A stretch of DNA of 64,000 nt from Thermoflexus sp. (GCA_020724465.1 DYGX01000006.1:67603-131602); one strand, 5' to 3'. Numbered from the stretch's first letter, positions 46,665 through 57,036 are shown. Made by a program: numbers and translations. Notes: a model not told the origin generated them from the sequence alone.

Positions 46665-47735
46665 GTGTACCGACGACGCCTGACGCTTGCCCTGCTGCTG
46701 CTCACCATCGCCGCCCTCGCTCTGCCCGGCAGTCCGGCGCACGCCGCCGGTCCCACCCGTGCCGAGTGCCTCGCCAGCCCGACGATGCCCGGCTGTATGG
46801 CGGGCCTGCCCACCGTCGAGTACCAGATGCTGCTGGACGAGATGCTGCTGCATCCGGAACCGGACGTTCGTCCTCTGGCCGTCAACCAGAAGGAGATCAA
46901 CCGCTTCGCCTTCCGCAAGATCGTGGGCGGGGCGGCGACCATCTACAACCGCCCCAACGGCGAGCCGATCGGCACCATTGACGAGGGGTTCAACTATGTG
47001 ACCGTCAACCGCGTTGAGGGCGACTGGGTGGAGATCAACGACGGCGAGTGGATGCCCAACAGCCAGCTCGCGCACGCGCGGCCCAGCACCTTCGCCGGGG
47101 TCTATCTCGACGGCGAGCTGGCCTACCCGATGGCCTGGGTGCTGGTCCCCAGCCATCCCAGCCCTGTCCCCGGCGCGGCAGGTGACACCTCGCGCCCCAA
47201 AATCGAGCGTTACACGCGCGTCAACATCTTTGCCACCGCCGAGGTCAACGGCTGGGAGTGGTACCTCATCGGGCCGGATGCGTGGATCCAGCAGACGATG
47301 GTAGCGCGGGTCGTGCTGGTCGAGCGCCCGCCGCGCGTCAAAGGCCGCTGGTTTGCGGTTGACCTCTACGAGCAGGTTCTGGTCGCCTATGAGGACGACA
47401 CGCCGGTCTTCGCCACGCTCATCTCGTCCGGCCTGCCGCAGTGGCCCACCCGGGAAGGCACCTTCACCGTCTGGGCGCGCCAGGTAAACGGGCACATGAG
47501 CGGGGCCGAGGGCCAGGCCGACTTCTACTCGCTGGAGAACGTGCCCTACGTGATGTATTTCGACCAGGCGATCTCGCTGCATGGCACGTACTGGCACGAC
47601 GGCTTCGGCTACCGGCACAGCCACGGCTGCGTGAATATGTCGATCACGGACGCGCACTGGGCGTTCGACTGGAGCCTGGACGGCGGTTACAGCGCGCCGT
47701 ACGTTCACGTCTTCAGCTCCGGGCAATATCGCTAG
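46665..47735 (+). CDS. Secreted L,D-transpeptidase (YkuD family) with SH3-like domains
   Basis: VDLYEQ, ISSG..PT..G.F and LHGTYWH..FG...SHGCVN motifs; signal peptide; GTG start after GGAGAGG. Confidence 0.9.
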   Translation: MYRRRLTLALLLLTIAALALPGSPAHAAGPTRAECLASPTMPGCMAGLPTVEYQMLLDEMLLHPEPDVRPLAVNQKEINRFAFRKIVGGAATIYNRPNGEPIGTIDEGFNYVTVNRVEGDWVEINDGEWMPNSQLAHARPSTFAGVYLDGELAYPMAWVLVPSHPSPVPGAAGDTSRPKIERYTRVNIFATAEVNGWEWYLIGPDAWIQQTMVARVVLVERPPRVKGRWFAVDLYEQVLVAYEDDTPVFATLISSGLPQWPTREGTFTVWARQVNGHMSGAEGQADFYSLENVPYVMYFDQAISLHGTYWHDGFGYRHSHGCVNMSITDAHWAFDWSLDGGYSAPYVHVFSSGQYR

Positions 47736-47905
47736 CCCCCCGATTCTGTGGTCAACCGGCCAGGCACACCCCTAGAATAGAATCGAGGGCGTGTGCCTTT
47801 TTGCGCTGCGCCTCTAGCGCAAACAACCGGCGCTCGCGCCGGATGGCTGCGGGCCGCACAGCGGCCTGCGCTTGTGAAGCAACCGCATGATAGTTGGAGG
47901 ATGAA

Positions 47906-48658
47906 ATGAAGGGTTTGCAAGGGAAAGTCGCGATCGTCACGGGCGGCGCGTCGGGGATCGGACAGTCGACCGCGCTAGCCTTTGCGCGCGAAGGCGTCAA
48001 GGTGGTGGTCAGCGACGTGGACGAGCAGGGCGGCGCCGAGACGGTGCGCCTGATCGAGGAAAAGGGCGGCGAAGCCATCTTCTTCAAGGCGGACGTGTCC
48101 AAGAGCAACGAAGTCGAGGCGATGGTGCGCGCCGCGGTGGAAACGTTTGGCGGGCTGCACTTCGCCTGCAACAACGCGGGGATCGGCGGGCAACTGGCGG
48201 AGACGGCGAACTACTCGCTCGAGAGCTGGCAGAAGGTCATCGACATCAACCTGTCGGGCGTGTTTTACTGCATGAAGTACGAGATCCCGGAGATGCTCAA
48301 GCAGGGTGGCGGCGTGATCGTCAACATGGCCTCGATCCTGGGCACGGTCGGCACGCCGAACGCGCCCGCCTACGTCGCGGCCAAGCACGGCGTCGTCGGC
48401 CTGACCAAGACCGCGGCGCTCGAATACAGCGCCAAAGGGATCCGGATCTCGGCGGTGTGCCCGGCCTACATCCGCACGCCGCTGATCGAGAACGCGCTGC
48501 CCCCCGAGGCCCTGCGCCAACTGGTTTCGCTGCATCCGATCGGGCGCCTGGGCGAGCCGGAAGAAGTCGCTGAGCTGGTCGTCTGGCTCTGCTCGGATGG
48601 CGCTTCGTTCGTCATGGGCAGCCCCATTCTGGTAGACGGCGGCTATATCGCCCAATAG
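47906..48658 (+). CDS. Classical short-chain dehydrogenase/reductase (NAD-preferring)
   Basis: TGGASGIG, NNAG, YVAAK and VDGG motifs. Confidence 0.95.
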   Translation: MKGLQGKVAIVTGGASGIGQSTALAFAREGVKVVVSDVDEQGGAETVRLIEEKGGEAIFFKADVSKSNEVEAMVRAAVETFGGLHFACNNAGIGGQLAETANYSLESWQKVIDINLSGVFYCMKYEIPEMLKQGGGVIVNMASILGTVGTPNAPAYVAAKHGVVGLTKTAALEYSAKGIRISAVCPAYIRTPLIENALPPEALRQLVSLHPIGRLGEPEEVAELVVWLCSDGASFVMGSPILVDGGYIAQ

Positions 48659-48669
48659 CATACCTGCAC

Positions 48670-48700
48670 AGGCGCCTTCGCTGCGGGGCGCCTTTTTTTT
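48670..48700 (+). terminator. Intrinsic terminator
   Basis: AGGCGCC...GGCGCCT stem followed by a long T tract. Confidence 0.85.
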
Positions 48701-48823
48701 GATCCCCCTTCGCGCGATTTCCCTTGAGTGTCATTCGGCACTATGATTGAGCGATAACACGCTCGCGCCGTCTTGCTGCGAGCAGCATCCGCCTGGCAGC
48801 GGCTCGACGAGGAGTATGATTCC

Positions 48824-49795
48824 ATGCTGACACCCGCCCAAATCCGCCCTGTGATCCCGCTGGCATTCGATGGCGCGACCCTGCCAGGGCTGCAGGCCGA
48901 GCGCGGCCAGGTGCGTGATAATTACGTGCTCTCGGACGGGCGGCGCATCGTCATCGCGACCGACCGCTTCACCGTCTTCGACCAGCAGGTTGGGCTGGTT
49001 CCCTTCAAAGGCCAGATCCTCAACCAGCTGACCGCCTGGTGGTTCGAGCAAACCGCCGACATCGTGCCCAACCATGTGATTGACGTCCCCGATCCCAACA
49101 TCACGATCGCGCTGACGGCCAACCCGCTGCCGATCGCGGTCATCGTGCGCGGGTTCATCAGCGGAATCACCCCGTCGAGCCTGTGGAAGCAGTACGAGGC
49201 CGGCGCGCGCGTGATCTACGGCCGGACGTTCCCCAACGGCCTGCGCAAAAACGAGGAACTGCCGCACCCCATTGTCACCGCGACGGCCAAAACCTTCGGC
49301 CAGTCGCACGGCGGCCCCCTGACCGACGACGAAGTACTGGCTCAGGGCATTTCCCCCGCGCTATGGGAGCGCATCCAGGACGTGGCGCTGCAACTCTTTC
49401 TGCGCGGTCGTCAGCTTGCCATCCTCTCCGATCTGATCCTGGTCGACAGCAAGTACGAGTTCGGGCTGGACCTCAACGGCGATCTGGTGCTGATCGACGA
49501 GCTGCACACGCCGGACAGCAGCCGCTTCTGGCGGTCGGACACCTACGACGAGCAGTTCGAGGCGGGCGAGGAGCCGGACAGCTTCGACCGCGAGTTCGTG
49601 CGGCTGTGGTATCAGGCGCAGGAGTTCGGCGAAAACGATGCCCTGCCCCCGCTCCCCGAACACCTGATCGTCACGATCAGCCAGCGCTACCAGCGCGTGT
49701 ACGAGATGCTGACCGGGAAGCCGTTCCAGCCGGCCAGCTACCCCGTTGAGAAGCGGATCCGCATCACGCTGCGCTACGCCGGCATCCTGAACTGA
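48824..49795 (+). CDS. purC: SAICAR synthase
   Basis: GQVRDNY, ATDR, PFKGQILN, LVDSKYEFG and DELHTPDSSRFW motifs. Confidence 0.9.
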   Translation: MLTPAQIRPVIPLAFDGATLPGLQAERGQVRDNYVLSDGRRIVIATDRFTVFDQQVGLVPFKGQILNQLTAWWFEQTADIVPNHVIDVPDPNITIALTANPLPIAVIVRGFISGITPSSLWKQYEAGARVIYGRTFPNGLRKNEELPHPIVTATAKTFGQSHGGPLTDDEVLAQGISPALWERIQDVALQLFLRGRQLAILSDLILVDSKYEFGLDLNGDLVLIDELHTPDSSRFWRSDTYDEQFEAGEEPDSFDREFVRLWYQAQEFGENDALPPLPEHLIVTISQRYQRVYEMLTGKPFQPASYPVEKRIRITLRYAGILN

Positions 49796-49800
49796 GTCCG

Positions 49801-51906
49801 ATGCAAGACCTTCCCGATCCGGCAGACCAGGGCGCAGGCGGCCATCTGCCCCAGGAAAGGGTGCGCCGCCTTTCGATGGGGACCATCGCGATCCTGGGCT
49901 GGATGATGCTCGTCCTGAGCCTGTACTATTGGGTTCACAAGCCGCTAACCCCGGCGCTGGCCGAGGCTCTGGGCGGCGTGCTGCTCGACCTCGCCTCGAC
50001 CGCGGCAGTGGCGCTGGTCGCCGCCGGGACCGGGCAGCGTCTGCTGCGCGGGTTCGACCGGAGCGGCTGGAGCGCCCCAGAGCGGCTCGCGCTGGCGGGG
50101 ATGCTGGGGCTGGGCGCGCTGTCCATGGCGATCGCGGGGGTGGGCGCGCTGATGCTGAACGCCCTGAGCGCCGGGTTGGTGCTGGGCGTGCTGGGCCTGT
50201 GGTCGCGGCGCGATCTGGCGGCGTGGCTGCGCGAGGCGCGGGGCTGGGTGCAAGGCGGCCTGCCGCGCGCCGGTTGGGAACGCGGGCTGGCCTGGGCAGC
50301 GGTCGCGCTGCTGGGGATGGCACTGGCCCTGGCAACGCTCCCCCCGTCCAAATGGGACACCCTGACCTACCATCTGGCCGGGCCACAGCAGTACGTCGAG
50401 CACGGGCGCTTCTACGCCGCGCCGCACAACCACTTCCTCGGCTTCCCCCAGGGTGTTGAGACGCTGTACGCCGGGCAGCTTGCCCTGACCGGGCGGCTAT
50501 CAGGCGCGGGCCTGCTGCACCACTGGATGGGCCTGCTGATGCTGATGATCGCCGGCGGGATGGCGGCGCGGGCGGGCGGGCGCGCGGCGGGCTGGGTAGC
50601 GGTAATCCTGCTGCTGAGCGCGTACAGCATCTGGCTGGAGCTGACCTTCGCCTACGCCGATCTGCTGCCGGCTGCATATGGCCTGGGGGCGCTGGCGGCC
50701 GTTCAGACCTGGGACGCAGAGGGCCGCCGCTCATGGCGCTGGCTGGTGCTGGCGGGCGCGCTGGCCGGGATGGCGATGGGCTGCAAGTACACGGCGATCT
50801 GGCTCGGCGGGGCGCTTGGCGCGCTGGTGCTGTGGCTGGGGCGCCGGGATGGAGCGCGCGCGTCCATCCAGCGCGCGGCGATCTTCGGCGCGGCGGCGGC
50901 CCTGCTGGTGCTGCCCTGGCTGGCGCGCAACGCGGTGTGGTACCATAACCCGTTCTATCCGTTCTTCTTCGACAGCGGCGAGGTGGACTCTCTCCGGCAG
51001 TCGTGGTACGCTCAGCCGCGCTCCGGCCTGATCTACACGTCCGCCGCGTGGCAAATCCCGATTTTGCCGCTGGCGGCGACCGTGCTCGGCGGCGAGGGCA
51101 AATATACCTACGGGTTCGAGATCGGCCCGTGGTTCGTGGTCCTGACGCCGCTGGTCGCGTTGGTGTGGCGGCGGCTCACCCGCGCCGAGCGGCGCACGGT
51201 CGAGCAGGCGTTGATCGTGGCCGGCGTTATCCTGGCGGCGTGGTTCGTGACATCCGCCTTCGGATGGTACTACAACCGCCAGACCCGGCTGATTCTGTAC
51301 GTCTTCCCGCCGCTGGCCGTGATCGGCGGGCTGGCGCTCGAAGCGCTGCGCCGCCTGCCGGACAAACCGCTGAACCTGGGCTTCGTCCTGCGGGCGATGC
51401 TGGCGCTGACCGTCGGGCTGAGCCTCATCACCGCCGGGCGCGAGGTGCTGGGCAGCGGCCTGGAGCGCTACTATTCTGGCTCGCCGGGCTTTCGGGATGC
51501 CTATCTGGAGCACGCGCTCGGCTGGCACTACGAAGCGATGCGCCAGGTGAACCGCCTGCCGGCAGGGACACGCGTTCACTTCCTGTGGGAGCCGCGCTAT
51601 CTCTACTGCGACCAGACACGGATTGTCTGCGTGCCGGACTCGATGCTGGATGCCTGGTATTACGCGCGGCGCACGATTGGAGACGGCTCCCCGGACGCCA
51701 TCGCAGCGGCCTGGCGAGCCGCCGGGATGGAGCGCTTGCTGGTGTACGACGTGGGCCGCCGCTTCGAGCGCGAGAACAAGCCGTACTATTCGGCGGGTGA
51801 CTGGGACGCGTGGGACGCGTTTGTGCAAGAGCATCTCACCGTCGAGTGGCAGGGCGCCAACGAAGACGAGACGATCTATACGCTCTATCGCTGGCAAGGG
51901 TCGTGA
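49801..51906 (+). CDS. Large GT-C-like polytopic membrane protein (putative glycosyltransferase)
   Basis: WDTLTYHL, GCKYT, PWLARN..WYHNPFYP and R.ILY motifs; more than 12 TM segments. Confidence 0.7.
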   Translation: MQDLPDPADQGAGGHLPQERVRRLSMGTIAILGWMMLVLSLYYWVHKPLTPALAEALGGVLLDLASTAAVALVAAGTGQRLLRGFDRSGWSAPERLALAGMLGLGALSMAIAGVGALMLNALSAGLVLGVLGLWSRRDLAAWLREARGWVQGGLPRAGWERGLAWAAVALLGMALALATLPPSKWDTLTYHLAGPQQYVEHGRFYAAPHNHFLGFPQGVETLYAGQLALTGRLSGAGLLHHWMGLLMLMIAGGMAARAGGRAAGWVAVILLLSAYSIWLELTFAYADLLPAAYGLGALAAVQTWDAEGRRSWRWLVLAGALAGMAMGCKYTAIWLGGALGALVLWLGRRDGARASIQRAAIFGAAAALLVLPWLARNAVWYHNPFYPFFFDSGEVDSLRQSWYAQPRSGLIYTSAAWQIPILPLAATVLGGEGKYTYGFEIGPWFVVLTPLVALVWRRLTRAERRTVEQALIVAGVILAAWFVTSAFGWYYNRQTRLILYVFPPLAVIGGLALEALRRLPDKPLNLGFVLRAMLALTVGLSLITAGREVLGSGLERYYSGSPGFRDAYLEHALGWHYEAMRQVNRLPAGTRVHFLWEPRYLYCDQTRIVCVPDSMLDAWYYARRTIGDGSPDAIAAAWRAAGMERLLVYDVGRRFERENKPYYSAGDWDAWDAFVQEHLTVEWQGANEDETIYTLYRWQGS

Positions 51907-53090
51907 TGCGGGATCTCAACGCGGCAGGGGTGCGGCAGCTCGCCCACGAAGAAGCAATCCGCTCGGACAACCGGTTCACATTGCTCGTCGGCGCCAGGGC
52001 GTTCATGGACGACCTGGCCCGCACGCTGCAAGCGCCGCACACCAGTCTGTACGCCCAGTTCATGACCTACGAGGGCGACGCAACCGGCCAGGAGTTCGCC
52101 GCTCTGCTGACGCACCAGGCGGGCCAGGGCGCGGACGTGCGGTTGATGGTCGATGCGTACAGCGATGTCGTCCTCAGCGACGTGTGGCCGGTGCTGATTC
52201 ACCGCCGGGGCGAGGTTGCCGCCGAGCGCGCCCGCACCCACGCGCTCTTCGACCGGCTGCGCGCGCAGGGCGTCCAGGTCAAGCGCACCGCGCCGCTGGG
52301 CACGCTGGGGCGTTTTGCGCTCTACCGCGATCACAAAAAGATGGTCGTGATCGACGAGCAGATCGCTTTCGTCGGCGGGATCAACATCTCCGATCACAAC
52401 TACGACTGGCACGACTTCATGGTCAAGATCGAAGGGCCGCTGGCGCGGGTGCTGGCGCACGACTTTCGCGCAACCTGGGACGGCCAGTGCGCTCCCCTCT
52501 CGACGCCCTGCCCCGGCGAGGATTTCGTACTGAACCAGTGCCCCGGCCGCTACCCGATCTTAGAGCATATCCTGCGCATGATCGCGCGCGCGCAGCGCAG
52601 CATCGTGATCGAGTCGCCCTATTTGCTGGGCGATCATTTGGAGCGCGCGCTGCGTGCTGCCGCCGAGCGCGGCGTGCGTGTGACGCTGATCTTGCCGGCG
52701 CGCAGCAACAAGCTGCTCTATCGCCGCTGGGTGCGCATGCTGCGTCGCCGCCTCAACCACCCCAACGTGACCGTCTACGGCCACCTGGGCGGCAGCGGAA
52801 TGACCCACGCCAAGCTGATCCTGGTGGACGACCAGTGGGCAAGCTTCGGGTCCTTTAATATGATCGAGTTGGAGGGACTGACGCAGAAGGAACTGAACGT
52901 CTTCTCCAGCAATGCGGCGCTCATCGCCCAGTTCCAGGATCTCATCGCTGGCGATATCGCCCACGCCGTCCCGGTCCCGGCCCCGCGCGTTGTCTTCGGA
53001 CGGCCCCTGTATGCCGTGCTCTATCGGTTCTTTCGTTGGTGGACCCGCCGCCTGCTGCGCGATGCGGATTGGAAGGCACGCTATTGCTGA
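51906..53090 (+). CDS. Phospholipase D / cardiolipin synthase-like protein (no N-terminal TM)
   Basis: Two HKD motifs: DHKKMVVID..GGIN and HAKLILVD..GSFN. Confidence 0.9.
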   Translation: MRDLNAAGVRQLAHEEAIRSDNRFTLLVGARAFMDDLARTLQAPHTSLYAQFMTYEGDATGQEFAALLTHQAGQGADVRLMVDAYSDVVLSDVWPVLIHRRGEVAAERARTHALFDRLRAQGVQVKRTAPLGTLGRFALYRDHKKMVVIDEQIAFVGGINISDHNYDWHDFMVKIEGPLARVLAHDFRATWDGQCAPLSTPCPGEDFVLNQCPGRYPILEHILRMIARAQRSIVIESPYLLGDHLERALRAAAERGVRVTLILPARSNKLLYRRWVRMLRRRLNHPNVTVYGHLGGSGMTHAKLILVDDQWASFGSFNMIELEGLTQKELNVFSSNAALIAQFQDLIAGDIAHAVPVPAPRVVFGRPLYAVLYRFFRWWTRRLLRDADWKARYC

Positions 53091-53845
53091 GCCAGTTGCG
53101 CCCTGACCGTATCACCATCAAGTACCTGCTTATCACCGTCGCGGTGCTGGGCGGGATGGGCTTGCTGAACCAGCTTGATGTGTTCGAGGGCATCTCGGGG
53201 CCGGTCACCCGCGCGATGGATAAGCTCGCCAGCTACGGGATGATCGGCATGTTTGTGCTGGGGCTGGTATCCAACACCACCCTCGTGATCATCGTCCCCT
53301 ACAACCTGCCGATGTTCACGCTGGTGATCTACGCCGATCATGTGTGGGAAGTCGCTGCCATCGGCGCAGCAACCGGCCTGGGCGCGGGCATCGGCGAGGT
53401 GGTTTCGTACGCGGTCGCGCACACGCTGGCATCGCATGTCAACAACCTGTCGGAGAGCGCGCTTTTTCGCTGGACCAAGCGCACAATCGAACGCCGCCCG
53501 CGCTTGATCCCGCTCTTTGTCTGGCTGGCCTCGGCCACGCCGGTGCCCGACATGACGATCATCGTGCCGCTGTCGCTGATCCGCTACCCGTGGGTCAAAA
53601 TGGTGCTGCCCATGCTCAGCGGGAAGGTGCTGCAAAACGTGGTTGTCGCGCTTGTCTTTCGCTACACGGCGGATGCCATCGCCGAGCGGCTTTCCGGCGA
53701 CATCCACTTCGACCTGACGGCCATCTTCGTCTCGCTGTTCATCATCCTGATCGCCTATCAGATCGAGAAAAACCGCGCCAGCCAGCAGCGCACAGCGCGC
53801 GAGCGGGCCACCCGCGAGATCGAGCCGACCAGCGCGGCAGACTGA
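53084..53845 (+). CDS. DedA/VTT-like membrane protein
   Basis: GAGIGEVVSY, ATPVPD and SGK motifs; TTG start overlaps the PLD stop. Confidence 0.7.
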   Translation: MLSQLRPDRITIKYLLITVAVLGGMGLLNQLDVFEGISGPVTRAMDKLASYGMIGMFVLGLVSNTTLVIIVPYNLPMFTLVIYADHVWEVAAIGAATGLGAGIGEVVSYAVAHTLASHVNNLSESALFRWTKRTIERRPRLIPLFVWLASATPVPDMTIIVPLSLIRYPWVKMVLPMLSGKVLQNVVVALVFRYTADAIAERLSGDIHFDLTAIFVSLFIILIAYQIEKNRASQQRTARERATREIEPTSAAD

Positions 53846-53881
53846 CGCGCCCGGATGAGATGCGGCTGAGAGAAACGGGTG

Positions 53882-54115
53882 TCAGGCGACGACCGTTGGA
53901 CGGCGCACGCGCAGGCGGCTGTAGACCTGCAGGAACGGCACCACAGCCTCGACCGTCGCAACAGCTTCGGGGATCAGATCGGGGTGGCGAACGGTGCCGT
54001 GCAGCCAGACGGCATCGCCCCTGATGACGACTTCAATCGGCTCGCGCGCTGTGAAGTCGTTGCGCCGCAGCGCGCGGATAATCAGGTGTCGCAGTACTTC
54101 ACGGCGATAGCGCAA
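53882..54115 (-). CDS. Small stand-alone BON-domain-like protein (77 aa)
   Basis: GGAGG RBS before TTG; IEVVIRGDAVWLHGTV...VYSRLRV pattern. Confidence 0.65.
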   Translation of the reverse strand: MRYRREVLRHLIIRALRRNDFTAREPIEVVIRGDAVWLHGTVRHPDLIPEAVATVEAVVPFLQVYSRLRVRRPTVVA

Positions 54116-54450
54116 CGTGGATCCTCCCTGAGAGCTTCTGCCCGGTTCGCGGGGCCGGGTCGGTCTGGCGCCGCACCCGACCGCTAACCTGATTCTCCCA
54201 CCTTTCGGCGGGGGGCACAAGTCCCGCAGGTTGTGAGGGCGTTCCAATCCCGTTTACGTTCTGTTCGGAGAGTGCCCGGCCCGTGCCCCGGCGTGGGCGA
54301 ATTGTCAGCGTCTGGGGTTTGGTGTACAACACAAGTAACGCGTGGCGCCAGCGAGCACCCAGCCCGCAGGACACGAGCACTCAGCGCGGGTGAGGGATCA
54401 CCCGCTCCGAATGGCATGACGACGCGCATCGACCAGTGAAGGAGGCTTAC

Positions 54451-56679
54451 ATGAGCGAGGAGAGAAATTCGGGTGCGGGCCGCGTCCCGCGCCGGTGGGG
54501 GGCGGGCCTGATTGCGGTTATCACCCTGATCGCTGCGACGGTGATCACCCCGCTTGCCCTGGCTGCGCCAGGGGCGCAGGATGGCCCCACCGTCCTGCGG
54601 ATCGGCTATCTGGGCGATCCAAACGGAGACGTCGCCAACGGGGCGCGTCTGGCAATCGACCAGATCAACGGCGCGGGGGGATTTGCCGGCCAGGGCGGCA
54701 CCGCTTATCTGTTCGAGCTGATCACCCTGCCGCGGGCGTCCAGCGCCGGATCGCTGACCAGCGATCTCTCCAAGCTCCTGGAGCGGCAGGGAATGGTGGC
54801 GCTGCTTGGCCCGGATGACGAAGAGGTTCTCACCCCGGACAATATCCAGGCGCTGGTCGAGAGCGGGCTGCCGGTGCTGACTGCTGTGACCGCCGACCGG
54901 CTGACCGAAGACGACACCACCGATCACATCTTCCGCATCCGCGCACCGGAGTACGTCTACAACGTGGCGATGGTGACGATTCTGATCGACGAGCTGGCCG
55001 CCGAGTCCTTCGCGCTGGTGCAGACCGATATCCAGTCGACCGCCGCCTTCGCGTCGTTCGAAGCCGCGCTTGGCGCCCGGAATATCCTGCCGGTCGATAA
55101 GGTACAACAGCCGGACAATACCCGCCTGGACGACCACGCCAACCGCCTGGCGGCGCTTGAACCGGAAGTGGTGGTCATGTGGGGGCCGATGGCAGACGCC
55201 GCCAGCCTGCTGCGCCAGCTTCGCGACAACGGCTGGACCGGGCGCTTTGTCTACCGCTACGCCGACGAGGCCGCCCGCGCGCAGGTGTTCGATCGCGACC
55301 TGGTCGGGGGCGTGCTGGGGATGACTAACTGGGTCTACAGCTACGCCTCGCGCGCCTCGCAGATCTTCTTGCGCGAGTATTCGCTGGCCTACAACAAACT
55401 GCCGAGCGCGCTGGCCGTGGTGGGCTACGACGCGGTCTGGTACCTGCGCTCGGCCGTGATCAACTTCGGCGCGTCGCCAGAGGAGATTCGCGACGGGCTG
55501 CTCAACGGCAACCCGCTCACCCTGGTGCACGGGCCGTTCCACCCGCGCGAGTTCGGCAACGGCGACCTGGCGCGGGTGGCGACCATCTACGAACTGGGTC
55601 CCTACGGCGGGCCGCAGGTGCTGGCGCGCTTTGACGACGGCGAGCGGCTCGTGCTGGATGAGACGGGCGTCGACGTGGTCAACATCCCGACGCCAACCCC
55701 CGGCCCGCCGACCATCACCCCGCTGCCGACAGCCACGCTGGAAGGCGTGTGGGCCGAGGTTACGGCCACGGCGCTCAACGTGCGCAGCGGACCGGACTTC
55801 ACCTACGACCGCGTCGCCCAGGTCCGCCAGGGCGATCTGCTGCGAGTGCTGGGCGCCAACGTCGATTACACCTGGCTGTCGGTCCAGATTCCCACCGGCG
55901 CGATCGGCTGGGTGCGGACCGAGTACGTCCGCGTCTCGGGCGACCTGTCCACCATCCAGTTCGTGCCCGTCCCGCCCAGCCCGACGCCCGGCGCGACGGC
56001 AGCCCCCAACCAGCCCGATATCGTGATCGACAGCGTCGTCCTCAGCCCGCCGCAGCCCATCCCGAACCAGCCCTTCAGCGCCACGGTCAGCGTGCGCAAC
56101 GCGGGCGGCGCGGCAGCGGGCCAGTTCGCCGTGGCCGCGACCTTCCAGCCGGGCGGGGTCTACACGGCGACCTTCGTGGACAGCCTGGCGGCGGGCGAGA
56201 CCAAGCAGGCCGTGCTGACGGCCACCCTGCCGGGGACCGGCATCGCGCAGGTCGCGATCATCGCGGACCTGAACAACACCGTTCAGGAGTTCAACGAGGA
56301 CAACAACCAGTACCAGATCACGTATCGGGTGGACTATCCGATCCTGGCCCAGCAGACCAACCTGTTGCTTAGCTCCGGCCAGGAGTGGAATCTGGACGGG
56401 GACGGCGGCCCCAACGACATCCGCTGGGATGGCAGCAGCCTGAGGGTAATCAACGGGGCGCAGATTGGCGTGCTGGGCGGCGTCGCCTACCAGGATGTGC
56501 ACTACGACCAGCTTTCGCCCGCCGTGATCAACAACCCGACCGGGCTGGACGCCAGCCAGTCGAACGCGGGCGTGGTGGCGGGCATCTATACCAGCCAGGG
56601 CCGCCGCGCTGTGCTGCGCATCGACAACCGCAGCGGCGATCAGATCTGGATCAGCTACCGCGTCTACAACGCGCCCTAG
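54451..56679 (+). CDS. Secreted LivJ-type solute-binding domain fused to SH3b and CARDB domains
   Basis: LRIGYL..GARLAIDQIN..GG and GYDAV; LNVRSGP...GWV (SH3); PDIVI..VRNAG..EFNEDNN (CARDB). Upstream promoter TTGTCA-17-TACAAC at 54302-54330. Confidence 0.82.
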   Translation: MSEERNSGAGRVPRRWGAGLIAVITLIAATVITPLALAAPGAQDGPTVLRIGYLGDPNGDVANGARLAIDQINGAGGFAGQGGTAYLFELITLPRASSAGSLTSDLSKLLERQGMVALLGPDDEEVLTPDNIQALVESGLPVLTAVTADRLTEDDTTDHIFRIRAPEYVYNVAMVTILIDELAAESFALVQTDIQSTAAFASFEAALGARNILPVDKVQQPDNTRLDDHANRLAALEPEVVVMWGPMADAASLLRQLRDNGWTGRFVYRYADEAARAQVFDRDLVGGVLGMTNWVYSYASRASQIFLREYSLAYNKLPSALAVVGYDAVWYLRSAVINFGASPEEIRDGLLNGNPLTLVHGPFHPREFGNGDLARVATIYELGPYGGPQVLARFDDGERLVLDETGVDVVNIPTPTPGPPTITPLPTATLEGVWAEVTATALNVRSGPDFTYDRVAQVRQGDLLRVLGANVDYTWLSVQIPTGAIGWVRTEYVRVSGDLSTIQFVPVPPSPTPGATAAPNQPDIVIDSVVLSPPQPIPNQPFSATVSVRNAGGAAAGQFAVAATFQPGGVYTATFVDSLAAGETKQAVLTATLPGTGIAQVAIIADLNNTVQEFNEDNNQYQITYRVDYPILAQQTNLLLSSGQEWNLDGDGGPNDIRWDGSSLRVINGAQIGVLGGVAYQDVHYDQLSPAVINNPTGLDASQSNAGVVAGIYTSQGRRAVLRIDNRSGDQIWISYRVYNAP

Positions 56680-56706
56680 CGGACGCCTGACGCGCGAACC
56701 ACATGT

Positions 56707-56736
56707 GCGGGGCGGCCTGGCGGGCCGCCCCGTTTT
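56707..56736 (+). terminator. Intrinsic terminator
   Basis: CGGGGCGGCC-TGGCG-GGCCGCCCCG followed by TTTT. Confidence 0.75.
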
Positions 56737-56778
56737 GCTGCGCGCGCAACTCAGCCTGGATTCTGGCGCAGGAGCCGC

Positions 56779-56906
56779 TATAATAGGCGGGCGTGCTGCG
56801 CCAGTGTGCGCGCCTGCTTGTTGTGAGCCTCTATCTATCCGCCCGAAGGCTGCTTATCTCGGCACCACCGGGGGAGATAGTAAGCAAGCCTGGGGAGGTG
56901 ACAGAG
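56779..56906 (+). promoter_or_regulatory. Promoter -10 element and structured 5' leader of rpmJ
   Basis: TATAAT at 56779; hairpin 56847-56891 abuts the SD sequence GGGGAGGTG. Confidence 0.55.
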
Positions 56907-57023
56907 ATGAAGGTACGGTCTTCGGTTCGCAAAATGTGCGACAAGTGCTACTTTGTCCGGCGCAAGGGCCGCCTGTACGTGATGTGCTCGGCCTATCCGA
57001 AGCACAAGCAGCGTCAGGGTTAG
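56907..57023 (+). CDS. rpmJ: 50S ribosomal protein L36 (zinc-binding C+ form)
   Basis: [38 protein letters not shown]; strong SD. Confidence 0.96.
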   Translation: MKVRSSVRKMCDKCYFVRRKGRLYVMCSAYPKHKQRQG

Positions 57024-57036
57024 TCTCCGATTGTCT

